A stretch of DNA of 35,686 nt. Origin: Candidatus Omnitrophota bacterium. GTDB lineage: Bacteria > Ratteibacteria > UBA8468 > B48-G9 > JAFGKM01. Below the pieces are notes generated by a model. It was given only the letters and a program-made list of their open reading frames with translations. It was not told the origin of the DNA and did no database searches. The stretch lies in contig QNCF01000001.1 in NCBI GenBank assembly GCA_003644395.1, forward strand, positions 1 through 35,686, written 5' to 3'. This document shows, piece after piece, positions 25,226 through 33,900 of this stretch (positions within the stretch are counted from its first letter, which is position 1; each line of letters starts with the position of its first letter). The translations under genes were made by a program, and so were the position numbers.

Positions 25226-26202
25226 ATCCTTTTTAAAACAATTTTTTCAATTTTTTCTTTTATTATGTCCCTTATCTGCCTGTAAAAAGAAAAATCTTTA
25301 CCTGCAGGGTCAGGAATATCAAGAACAGTTATCTTTTCTTCTGCTTCTGGTAAAAAACTTATTATTTTCTCCTTCTGCCTTTCTTCCATTACAAATATAA
25401 TATCTGCTTCTTCAACCTTTCTGAAATCAAGTGGCTGGGAGAAATCCTTTTCAATATTTATCCCTATCTCACTCAAAACTTTTCTTGTCTTGTCAGGTAT
25501 CTCCCCCTTATTTATAATTCCAACACCTGCTGATTCAACCTTTATCTTCAATTTATCTTTTATAATATCTTTAAGAATAGCCTCTGCAATTGGACTTCTG
25601 CATGAATTTCCCTCACATACAAATAAAATATTTCCTCTTAAAAGTTTCATCTTATCATTTACAAATTTCCATATGGTTGATTCCCTCCCATCCGTCCTTC
25701 CTCCATCAACAACTATATCAACTCTTTCCTTTAACTCTTCATCAATCTCATCAATGCAGGATGGAGAGTTTTCACCTGATAAATTTGCACTTGTGGAAGC
25801 AAGAATTTCAAAATGTTTCAGAACTTCAAGAAGAAATGGATGGTCTGGAATCCTTATCCCTATCTCATTGCTGGATGAGACAATGAAATTTATTTTTCTT
25901 TTTGCTCTGAATATAAAAGTATACCTTCCTGGCCACTTTTTCTTTACAAACTCTTCCTTCTTTCCATCAATTTCTGCAAACTTTTTTGCTTCTTCTATAT
26001 CTCTCACAAACCCTGTAAGTACTTTTTCTCTCTTTCTTCTCTTTACTTCAAATATCCTTTCTTTGGATAAATCATTCCATCCATCACATATTATCCCATA
26101 AACAGTATCTGTTGGAGAGATTACAATTTTCCCTTCTTTCAATCTCTTCACAATATAAGGGACAACATCCAAACCTTTATCTTTAATCTTTATCAATTCC
26201 AT
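25216..26202 (-). CDS. Fusion of an L-threonylcarbamoyladenylate synthase-like (Sua5/YrdC/TsaC) domain and a low-molecular-weight protein phosphatase domain
   Basis: 328 aa. N-terminal domain: ISPTDTVYGIICD, RIPDHPFLLEVL, STSANLSGE. C-terminal domain: P-loop ILFVCEGNSCRSPIAEA (CX5R-S) and the Asp loop DIPDPAG. Confidence 0.75.
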   Translation of the reverse strand: MELIKIKDKGLDVVPYIVKRLKEGKIVISPTDTVYGIICDGWNDLSKERIFEVKRRKREKVLTGFVRDIEEAKKFAEIDGKKEEFVKKKWPGRYTFIFRAKRKINFIVSSSNEIGIRIPDHPFLLEVLKHFEILASTSANLSGENSPSCIDEIDEELKERVDIVVDGGRTDGRESTIWKFVNDKMKLLRGNILFVCEGNSCRSPIAEAILKDIIKDKLKIKVESAGVGIINKGEIPDKTRKVLSEIGINIEKDFSQPLDFRKVEEADIIFVMEERQKEKIISFLPEAEEKITVLDIPDPAGKDFSFYRQIRDIIKEKIEKIVLKRICL

Positions 26203-26232
26203 ACCATCAGAATTTTACATAATTTATAAATT

Positions 26233-26889
26233 TTATGCCAGAAGAACAGAAAAAATCCCGACAAGGAATATTCCATCATATACTCCAGCTCCCCCTATAC
26301 TCATAACACCCGGATATTTACTGAGAGCAGGGAGATTCAATATATCTGCTCCTATAAGGACCCCAAGGACACCTGAGATATAGGCAACAGGTATTTTATT
26401 CTCTGGAGAAAGAATATATGCAAGGATTACAGAGACAATCGGTGGTATAAATGCAGGTATTGTAATTCCAACTCCTGGAACAACTTTTGATAGTTTAAAA
26501 CAAACAACAATTGAAATAATTGTTGCAAAAAATGTTGGTAAAAATGGAGCTTTCCTTATTAAATAAAGGCAGAGAAGAAGAGGGATAATGCATCCTCCAA
26601 GATTAATCGCTATTATCTGTTTTGTATGTATTTCAGGCATTCCAAATGGACGGAAAAGAAAGAAAATTTCTCTTTCTGGAGGGATTAAAACTGCTTCCTT
26701 AGAATATACAGGGATATTGATCATACTTCCTATGAGAGAAGCCAGAAGTATCAAAAATGCAAGTGTTGGAGGAATTCCAATTTTTGATAGTGCTATATTT
26801 ATTATCTCAATGTGTATTATGAAAAATAAAAATGGAAGGAGGATTATGAGAAGTAAAAGAAGAAGCAGAGAAAAAGGTAAAAATATCAT
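26233..26889 (-). CDS. Polytopic integral membrane protein (resembles DUF1614 family)
   Basis: 218 aa, almost entirely hydrophobic helices, with SD GGAG 8 nt upstream. The family call comes from recollection of the NLGGCIIPLLL and GADILNL type blocks and is weak. Confidence 0.45.
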   Translation of the reverse strand: MIFLPFSLLLLLLLIILLPFLFFIIHIEIINIALSKIGIPPTLAFLILLASLIGSMINIPVYSKEAVLIPPEREIFFLFRPFGMPEIHTKQIIAINLGGCIIPLLLCLYLIRKAPFLPTFFATIISIVVCFKLSKVVPGVGITIPAFIPPIVSVILAYILSPENKIPVAYISGVLGVLIGADILNLPALSKYPGVMSIGGAGVYDGIFLVGIFSVLLA

Positions 26890-26953
26890 TTTTAATTCTC
26901 CTTATATTAAAAGTAATTTAAACCTTTAAAAAATTTATGTCAAAATTTAAAAA

Positions 26954-26982
26954 TTGACTGGAAGATTGAAAAATTCTAAAAT
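26954..26982 (+). promoter_or_regulatory. Near-consensus sigma70-type promoter placing the transcription start at or next to the tolQ ATG
   Basis: TTGACT (26954-26959), a 17 nt spacer, then TAAAAT (26977-26982). The tolQ ATG is at 26991, and the 8 nt in between contain no SD (ttcctttgt). Confidence 0.4.
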
Positions 26983-26990
26983 TCCTTTGT

Positions 26991-27593
26991 ATGAATAATA
27001 TCTTCCTCTCAGCATGGAGACATTGCGATCTGGCAGGGAAAGCAGACCTTGTAATCCTTGGAATTTTCTCTCTTGTTTCCTGGTGTATTATAATTGAGAA
27101 ATTTTTTATTTTGAGAAGGGTAAGGAGAAATAACAAAATTTTCAAATCTTATCTTGAAAGAGGGGAAAAACCGCCTGATTTATTCTGCCCACTTTCAAAC
27201 ATTTTAAAATATGGACTTGAGAAAAATATTGATGATGATAAATTTGATGAATATATTGAGAAATTTGCTACAAACCAGCTTGAAGCCCTTGAAAGCAATC
27301 TGAGTTTTCTTGCAACAACATCTGCTATCTGTCCATTTCTGGGACTCCTTGGAACTGTTTGGGGGCTTCTCCTTGCATTTAATAATATGGCCATAACAGG
27401 TTCCTCATCAATAAAAGTTGTTGCATCAGGAGTTGCTGAAGCATTGATTACAACTGTTGTTGGTCTCATTGTTGCAATTCCTGCAGCAATAGGATATAAC
27501 TGGTTTTTAACTGTGATAAGAAAGATAGGAAGTGAAATTGAAATTCTTTTACCTGAATTAATATCTTTTATTAAAAAGAAAAGGAATGAATAG
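26991..27593 (+). CDS. tolQ: MotA/TolQ/ExbB-family proton channel
   Basis: 200 aa, three TM segments. The block PFLGLLGTVWGLLLAF...VAEALITTVVGLIVAIPA is typical of TolQ/ExbB. The tolQ call rather than exbB rests on the downstream tolB-pal context. Confidence 0.8.
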   Translation: MNNIFLSAWRHCDLAGKADLVILGIFSLVSWCIIIEKFFILRRVRRNNKIFKSYLERGEKPPDLFCPLSNILKYGLEKNIDDDKFDEYIEKFATNQLEALESNLSFLATTSAICPFLGLLGTVWGLLLAFNNMAITGSSSIKVVASGVAEALITTVVGLIVAIPAAIGYNWFLTVIRKIGSEIEILLPELISFIKKKRNE

Positions 27594-27990
27594 GAAATTT
27601 TTTGAAAATATAAATTCGCCACTTTACCAGATGAATGTTACAAACCTTGTAGATATTGCACTCACACTTGTAATTATACTGCTTATGATTTCACCTTTAA
27701 TTGAGCAGGGGATAAATGTCAGATTACCCAAATCAGCACCTTACAAAATATCTCCCAAAAAAAGTATCATAATTACAATTGCTCCAAAAAACCGTTATTA
27801 TATTGGAAGCAGAAGAGTCTCTTTAAGGCAGCTTTACAGAATCCTTAAAGAAAAGAAAAGACAGAATCCAGAAATTTCTATTATTGTAAAAGGCGATGAG
27901 AAAATATATTATGAGGAGTTGATAAAGGTTTTGAATATAGTTAGAAAATGCGATATAAAAAAGATAGGGCTTGCTACAAGACAGGAATGA
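27586..27990 (+). CDS. tolR: ExbD/TolR-family protein
   Basis: 134 aa with the single TM motif MNVTNLVDIALTLVIILLMI and a periplasmic domain with IIVKGDEKIYYEELIKVLN. It overlaps tolQ by 8 nt. The start could instead be the internal Met at 27631. Confidence 0.75.
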   Translation: MNRKFFENINSPLYQMNVTNLVDIALTLVIILLMISPLIEQGINVRLPKSAPYKISPKKSIIITIAPKNRYYIGSRRVSLRQLYRILKEKKRQNPEISIIVKGDEKIYYEELIKVLNIVRKCDIKKIGLATRQE

Positions 27991-28012
27991 AGACTATTAT
28001 AGAGGAGGGAAA

Positions 28013-29224
28013 ATGAAAAGAATATTTATCCTTTTTCTTCTCTTAACCCAAATTTCCTATGGCAGAGTGTTTATAAAAATAACAAAAAATTTTACAGAAA
28101 AAGCAGAGATTGTAATCCTTTTAAAGAAAAAACCAGATATATACTGGAGAAAATTTATCAAAACCCTTGCACAGGACCTTGAATATTCAGGATTTTTCAC
28201 AGTAAATGAGGCCAGATTTATAAAAAATTTGGAAGGTGAAAAGAAAAAATATTCAACAGAACTTTTACTTTATAATTTATCTGAAAATGGAAGGATAAAA
28301 TTTGTTATTGAGGACATTCTTGATAATAAAAGAATATTTGAAGATATTTTTACCCCTTTATCAAATCCAAGGGAATTTGCACATCTTTTAAATGATAAAA
28401 TTGTCTTCGCATTGACTGGAAAACCAGGAATTGCCAGTACAAAAATTCTCTTTGTCTCTGATAAGGATGGTTCGCACCAGATTTATTCAATTGATTATGA
28501 TGGTGAAAATATCAGGAAAATTACAAATGAAAAGTATCATCTTGCATTTCCAAGATGGTTCAGTAAAAATTCATTTCTCTTCATTTCTTATAAAGGTGGA
28601 TGGCCGAAAATTGTAAAATACAGTATATCCACAGGAAAAAAGGAAATACTTCTTGCCCATCCTGGATTAAATGCATGCCCTTCAATTTCAATCTCAACAA
28701 AAGAGATTGCTGCGGTTTTAAGTAAATCTGGAAACCCTGAAATTTATATAACGGATTTTTACGGGAATATTAAAAAGAGACTCACTTATTATAGAGGGAT
28801 TGACAGCTCCCCATCATTTTCTCCTGATGGGAAAAATATATGTTTTGTATCTGACAGACAGGGAAGTGCACAGATTTTCATAATGGATAAAGATGGCTAT
28901 AGAGTAAAAAGGATAAGTTATATATCTTCTTATTCAACCTGTCCAAGATGGTCTCCTGATGGTAATTTCATCGCTTATATTATTTTGAAAAGGAAAAAAT
29001 TTGGCATAGCAATTTATGAGGTTCCGACCGGAAAGACAAAAATTGTTGGAGAAAACCTTGGATGTGAAGAGATATCATGGGCACCTGACAGCAGACATAT
29101 AGTTTATACAAAATCAGATAAATTCCCCTCAACCTTATGGATTTTTGACATATATACAAAAGAAAAAAGAAGACTTACAGAAAGTAAATACAATGCTTTC
29201 AGCCCAAGCTGGTCATACAATTGA
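28013..29224 (+). CDS. tolB: TolB beta-propeller periplasmic protein
   Basis: The track ORF starts at TTG 27971. ATG 28013 (MKRIFILFLLLTQISYG, a signal peptide) follows GAGGAGGG. There are repeated propeller blades (SPSFSPDGKNICFVSDRQG, CPRWSPDGNFIAY, ISWAPDSRHIVY). Confidence 0.8.
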   Translation: MKRIFILFLLLTQISYGRVFIKITKNFTEKAEIVILLKKKPDIYWRKFIKTLAQDLEYSGFFTVNEARFIKNLEGEKKKYSTELLLYNLSENGRIKFVIEDILDNKRIFEDIFTPLSNPREFAHLLNDKIVFALTGKPGIASTKILFVSDKDGSHQIYSIDYDGENIRKITNEKYHLAFPRWFSKNSFLFISYKGGWPKIVKYSISTGKKEILLAHPGLNACPSISISTKEIAAVLSKSGNPEIYITDFYGNIKKRLTYYRGIDSSPSFSPDGKNICFVSDRQGSAQIFIMDKDGYRVKRISYISSYSTCPRWSPDGNFIAYIILKRKKFGIAIYEVPTGKTKIVGENLGCEEISWAPDSRHIVYTKSDKFPSTLWIFDIYTKEKRRLTESKYNAFSPSWSYN

Positions 29225-29268
29225 CAAATTTATGAATTATGGTAGTCTTTTTTAAAAAGGAGGGAATA

Positions 29269-29856
29269 ATGAGATGGCTGGTTTTCACATTACTTTTCCT
29301 CATTCTGGCAGGATGTTGTCCTAAAAAACCGATAAAGAAAGAGAGATTGCCCGAGGAGAAAAAAGAGAAGGAAGTTATTGAGGAGAAAGAGGAGAAGAAA
29401 GGTAAAGCAACTCCTGAAGAAGTCAAAAAAGCAATGAAGGGGGAGGAATTACCACAGAAAAAGATTCCTCAAAAGGTAAAGTTTGTAAGACCAGAAGAGT
29501 TAGGAGAGATTGAAAAGAATATTTTCCAGACAATCTATTTTGATTTTGATAAATATAACTTAAAACCAAATGCCCAGAAAGTCCTTGATAGAATTGGAGA
29601 ATACCTTCTTAAAAATCCTGAGAAGTTGATAATAATTGAGGGACACTGTGATGAGAGAGGAACAAAGGAATACAATTTGGTCCTTGGAGAGCAGAGAGCT
29701 CTAAGTGCAAGGAAATATCTTGTTATTAAAGGTGTTTCTCCAAAAAGGATTTTTACTGTAAGTTACGGAGAGGAAAAACCTGCTGACCCAAGACACTGTG
29801 AAGAAGCATGGGCAAAAAATAGAAGGTGTGAATTCCTTATTTCAAAGAATGAATAA
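29269..29856 (+). CDS. pal: Peptidoglycan-associated lipoprotein (OmpA-family C-terminal domain)
   Basis: The track ORF starts at 29239. ATG 29269 follows AAGGAGGG and gives MRWLVFTLLFLILAGC with the lipobox LAGC. The C-terminal OmpA-like block is IYFDFDKYNL...IIIEGHCDERGTKEYNLVLGEQRA. Confidence 0.8.
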   Translation: MRWLVFTLLFLILAGCCPKKPIKKERLPEEKKEKEVIEEKEEKKGKATPEEVKKAMKGEELPQKKIPQKVKFVRPEELGEIEKNIFQTIYFDFDKYNLKPNAQKVLDRIGEYLLKNPEKLIIIEGHCDERGTKEYNLVLGEQRALSARKYLVIKGVSPKRIFTVSYGEEKPADPRHCEEAWAKNRRCEFLISKNE

Positions 29857-30628
29857 AATTTATATCCTTTTCTTTGCTCTTCTTATATTCTGTGGATGTG
29901 AAACGATTGCAAAAAAGGAAGATATTCTGTATTTAAAAAACACATTTTCCTCCAAAATTAAAAAAATCAATAAAAAAATAGAGGATTTGGAAAGAGAAAA
30001 TAATAAAAAATTTGCATCAATCTCTGAAAATATTGAGGGTGTTAAAAATGAAATAAGGGAAGTTAAAGGGAAGATAGGGGAGGTTGAATATAATCTTTCT
30101 GAAAGGATAAATAAGGGGGAAAGGGAACAGCAAAATAAAAACTTTGAATTCAGAAGGGATATAGAGGCACTTAAAAAATCACAGAATGATATGGTCAATT
30201 CAATTACATTGCTCAATAAAAGTCTTTTTTCAATCCAGAAAGATATAATCAGTTTGAAAAATTCACAGAGAGAAATTACAGAGACTATTGGGAAGATATC
30301 AAAGATAATTGAAAAAGATAGAGAATTCAAAACTCAATTGAAAAAAGATATTGATAAAAAAATCCAGATATTGCTTGATGAGATAACAAGGCATGAAAGT
30401 CAGATTTACAATTTAAAACAGGATATTTTATCTCTGAGAAAGCAACTTAAAGAGATACCAAAGGAAAGAATATCTGAAGGAAAAGAAATTTATTATACAG
30501 TAAAGAAGGGGGATTGCCTTTATAAAATTGCAAGGAAATTCAACACAACTGTTAAAAAAATCAGAAAGAGAAATAAATTGAAGGGAAATACAATATATCC
30601 AGGGCAGAAACTGATAATTCCAAAATAA
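29849..30628 (+). CDS. Probable lipoprotein with a long coiled-coil region and a C-terminal LysM domain
   Basis: The internal ATG 29849 gives MNKIYILFFALLIFCGC (lipobox-like) and overlaps the pal stop by 8 nt. About 190 aa of heptad-like K/E/I/L-rich sequence follow, then the LysM block YYTVKKGDCLYKIARKFNTTVKKIRKRNKLKGNTIYPGQKLIIP. Confidence 0.65.
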   Translation: MNKIYILFFALLIFCGCETIAKKEDILYLKNTFSSKIKKINKKIEDLERENNKKFASISENIEGVKNEIREVKGKIGEVEYNLSERINKGEREQQNKNFEFRRDIEALKKSQNDMVNSITLLNKSLFSIQKDIISLKNSQREITETIGKISKIIEKDREFKTQLKKDIDKKIQILLDEITRHESQIYNLKQDILSLRKQLKEIPKERISEGKEIYYTVKKGDCLYKIARKFNTTVKKIRKRNKLKGNTIYPGQKLIIPK

Positions 30629-30647
30629 TTTGGCTCAACCCTTTTCC

Positions 30648-31787
30648 ATGAAGAAAATCGTTATTCTCGGCTCAACAGGAAGCATAGGTAAAAATACACT
30701 TGAGGTGATAAGAAAAAATAGAGAGAAATTTGAAGTGGTTGGACTTGCCTGTAAGGAGAATAAAAAACTCCTTTCAGAACAGATAGAGGAATTCAGACCG
30801 AAATATGCATATATTGAGAAAAAGGATGAGGATTTTTTCAAAAAATTCCCTTATGTGAAGTTTTTCTATGGGGATGAAGGTCTTGTTGAAATTTCAACTG
30901 TGGAAGATGCAGATTTGGTAATTGCAGCAATTCCAGGGATAAAGGGGCTTGCTGGTGTAATTGAATCTTTAAAAAAGGGAAAAACAATAGGGCTTGCAAC
31001 AAAAGAAATAATGGTTGTTGGAGGGAATTTCATAATTGAGGCTGCGAAAGATGGGAATGGTAAAATTCTTCCAGTTGATAGTGAACACAATGCAATTTTC
31101 CAGATTCTGGAGAATGAAAATATAAAGGATATTGAAAAGATTTATCTCACATGTTCAGGAGGGCCTTTGCTTGGAAGGGAAAATATAGAAGATGTTAAAA
31201 TTGAAGAGGTTATTTCACATCCTGTCTGGAAAATGGGAAAGAAAATAAGTGTTGATTCAGCAACCTTAATGAATAAATGTTTTGAAATTATTGAGGCTCA
31301 TTATCTTTTTTCACTTCCTCCAGAAAAAATAGATATACTGATACATCCTGAAGCAGTAATCCACGGTATTGTTGAATTCAAGGATGGCTTCCAGAAGGGA
31401 ATATTTTCACTTCCTGATATGAAATATGCGATAAGTTTTGTTCTCAATTATCCAGAAAGGGGGGAGAATTATTTTGGAAATTTAAGGCTGGAAAAGATTG
31501 AAAAACTTACATTTAAAAAGCCAGAAAGTAATTCTCCATGGCTTTTACTTGCAAGAAAATCACTGGAAGAAAAGGGTTCTTACCCTGTGGTTTTAAATGG
31601 AGCAGATGAGGAGGCTGTGGAACTTTTTTTAAAAGGTGAGATTAAATTCAGCCATATTATTAAAATTGTTCAGGAGACATTCTTTTCACATAAGAAAAGT
31701 GAGATATCTTCAATTGATGATATTTTTGAAATTAATAAGTGGGCACATAACCAGGCAAGGAAAATAGCAGAAAGGTTAAAATGTTAA
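30648..31787 (+). CDS. dxr: 1-deoxy-D-xylulose-5-phosphate reductoisomerase
   Basis: The track ORF starts at TTG 30630. ATG 30648 gives MKKIVILGSTGSIGKNTLEV (the canonical Dxr N-terminus). Also present: PVDSEHNAIFQ and HPVWKMGKKISVDSATLMNK. Confidence 0.9.
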   Translation: MKKIVILGSTGSIGKNTLEVIRKNREKFEVVGLACKENKKLLSEQIEEFRPKYAYIEKKDEDFFKKFPYVKFFYGDEGLVEISTVEDADLVIAAIPGIKGLAGVIESLKKGKTIGLATKEIMVVGGNFIIEAAKDGNGKILPVDSEHNAIFQILENENIKDIEKIYLTCSGGPLLGRENIEDVKIEEVISHPVWKMGKKISVDSATLMNKCFEIIEAHYLFSLPPEKIDILIHPEAVIHGIVEFKDGFQKGIFSLPDMKYAISFVLNYPERGENYFGNLRLEKIEKLTFKKPESNSPWLLLARKSLEEKGSYPVVLNGADEEAVELFLKGEIKFSHIIKIVQETFFSHKKSEISSIDDIFEINKWAHNQARKIAERLKC

Positions 31788-32854
31788 TCTCAATTATCAG
31801 TATAATTTTTCTTTTTTCAATAATAATATTTATCCATGAATTTGGGCATTTCTGGGTAGCAAAGAAGGTGGGTGTCAGGGTTGAAAAATTCTCAATAGGA
31901 TTTGGACCAAAGTTATTTTCTTTTAAAAAGGGAGAAACAACATACCAGATTTGCCTTTTACCTTTTGGAGGATTTGTAAAACTTGCTGGAGAAGAAAATA
32001 CAAAGAAGGATAAATTTGAAGAATGGGAATATATGGGAAAAAGTCCATTAGACCGCTCAAAAATAATTGTATCAGGTTCCTTACATAACCTTTTATTCGG
32101 ATTTTTCATCCTTATCTTTGTATATATGCTGGGTATTGATGGGTATGATGGAACGAAAATTGGAAGTTTATTAAAGGGATTCCCTGCAGAAAAATCAGGA
32201 TTGAAGGTGGATGATGAAGTAATAAGAGTAAATGGGGAAAGGGTGAGAGAATGGTACCAGGTGATTTTAAATATAAGAAAAAGTGTATCAAAAGACAGGG
32301 AGAAAGAGATTGAACTTGAAGTTAAAAGGAATGGAAAGATTTTGAAATTCAAAATAAAACCAGCACCTTATAAAGAAGAGGGAATGGAGAAACCCGTATA
32401 TATAATAGGTATTGGACCAAAAATAATAATTGAGAAATACAGCTTCCCGCATGCATTTCTCAGAGCATCAAGAGAATTTTATAAATTGATTTACAGTGTT
32501 TTCTTAAGTATTAAATTGCTCATTACAAAACAGGTCTCTCCAAAATTCATTGCAGGACCTGTTGGGATTGCAAAATGGACAGCAGAGATTGCACACCGTG
32601 GATTTACAAAATTCCTTTACTACCTTTCTTTCATATCAATCAACATTGGAATTATAAACTTATTCCCATTCCCGGTATTTGATGGAGGCCATCTCTTAGG
32701 ACTTATGGGAGAAGGGATATTGAGGAGAAGACCGAGCAGAAAGATGCTTGAAATATGCCAGTATATTGGAATTATCCTTTTAATATCCCTTGCTCTTTAC
32801 ATCACTTACAATGACATTTTAAGAATACTCGGAGAAAGAATTAAAGGTAAATGA
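31781..32854 (+). CDS. rseP: Site-2 zinc metalloprotease (M50, RseP family) with one PDZ domain
   Basis: 357 aa with HEFGHFWVAKK (HExxH) in the first TM, the PDZ-like GFPAEKSGLKVDDEVIRVNG, and the C-terminal NLFPFPVFDGGH. Confidence 0.85.
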   Translation: MLISIISIIFLFSIIIFIHEFGHFWVAKKVGVRVEKFSIGFGPKLFSFKKGETTYQICLLPFGGFVKLAGEENTKKDKFEEWEYMGKSPLDRSKIIVSGSLHNLLFGFFILIFVYMLGIDGYDGTKIGSLLKGFPAEKSGLKVDDEVIRVNGERVREWYQVILNIRKSVSKDREKEIELEVKRNGKILKFKIKPAPYKEEGMEKPVYIIGIGPKIIIEKYSFPHAFLRASREFYKLIYSVFLSIKLLITKQVSPKFIAGPVGIAKWTAEIAHRGFTKFLYYLSFISINIGIINLFPFPVFDGGHLLGLMGEGILRRRPSRKMLEICQYIGIILLISLALYITYNDILRILGERIKGK

Positions 32855-33900
32855 GGAGAAAGACAAGAAAGATAAAAGTCGGAAATTTATATATAGGTGG
32901 AGATGCTCCCATTTCAATCCAGGGAATGGCAAAAGTTCCGACATCAAATTTAAATGGATTGTTATCAGAATTCAGAAAGATGCTGAAAGAAGGTGCAGAG
33001 TTGATAAGGGTATCAATTACAAATGAAGATGAAGCAAAAAATATTAAAATTCTTAAAGAAAAATTCTCTGTCCCCATAATAGCTGATATACATTATGATT
33101 ACAGACTTGCAATATATTCAATTGAAAATGGAGCAGATAAAGTCAGAGTTAATCCAGGAAATATACCCAAACATGGGTTGAGAGAGATTGTAAATATGGC
33201 AAAGGAGAGAGAAATACCGATAAGGATAGGGATAAACTCAGGTTCTATTAAAATAAATGGTCCTCTTGTAAAAAGTATGGTTGAAACTGCAAAAGATACT
33301 GTAAAATTCTTCCAGGATTTAAATTTCCATTCCATAATCATCTCATTGAAAACACCATTTGTAAAGGAGACAGTAGAATGTTACAGGAAAATTTCAGAAA
33401 TTTTTGACTATCCATTGCATCTTGGAATCACAGAGGCAGGGAAGGGTTTTTTAGCAGAAGCAAAAACAATCGCTGGACTTGGAATCCTTCTGAATGAAGG
33501 GATAGGAGATACAATAAGGGTATCACTGACAGAATCTTCCGTAAAGGAAATAAGGATTGGAAAAGCAATATTACAATCACTCGGAATAAGAAGGTTTGAA
33601 CCTGAAATAATATCCTGCCCAACATGTGGGAGAATACAGGTGGATTTAAATGGTGTATTGAGAAAGGTTGAAAAGGAAATCAGAAAATTGGCAAAGGAAA
33701 ATCCAGAAATAAATAAACTCAAAATAGCAGTGATGGGATGTCCTGTGAATGGGCCAGGGGAAGCAAAACATGCAGATATAGGGATTGCTGGAGGGAAGAA
33801 AAAATTTGTGATTTTCAGGAAAGGAAAGATAATTGGAAGTTATCCTGAAGAGATAATAGTTGAAAAATTGATTGAGGAAATAAAAAAGATTCTATCTTAA
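32851..33900 (+). CDS. ispG: 4-hydroxy-3-methylbut-2-en-1-yl diphosphate synthase
   Basis: 349 aa with PISIQGM, ADIHYDYRLA, VRVNPGNI, LHLGITEAG, CPTCGR and MGCPVNGPGEA. ATGA overlap with rseP. Confidence 0.9.
   Translation: MRRKTRKIKVGNLYIGGDAPISIQGMAKVPTSNLNGLLSEFRKMLKEGAELIRVSITNEDEAKNIKILKEKFSVPIIADIHYDYRLAIYSIENGADKVRVNPGNIPKHGLREIVNMAKEREIPIRIGINSGSIKINGPLVKSMVETAKDTVKFFQDLNFHSIIISLKTPFVKETVECYRKISEIFDYPLHLGITEAGKGFLAEAKTIAGLGILLNEGIGDTIRVSLTESSVKEIRIGKAILQSLGIRRFEPEIISCPTCGRIQVDLNGVLRKVEKEIRKLAKENPEINKLKIAVMGCPVNGPGEAKHADIGIAGGKKKFVIFRKGKIIGSYPEEIIVEKLIEEIKKILS

Noticed and set aside
29330-29470. The K/E-rich low-complexity stretch at the Pal N-terminus (KKPIKKERLPEEKKEKEVIEEKEEKKGK), considered as a possible repeat element.
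   Set aside because: It is a typical flexible linker between the lipid anchor and the OmpA-like domain of Pal. There is no exact nucleotide periodicity.
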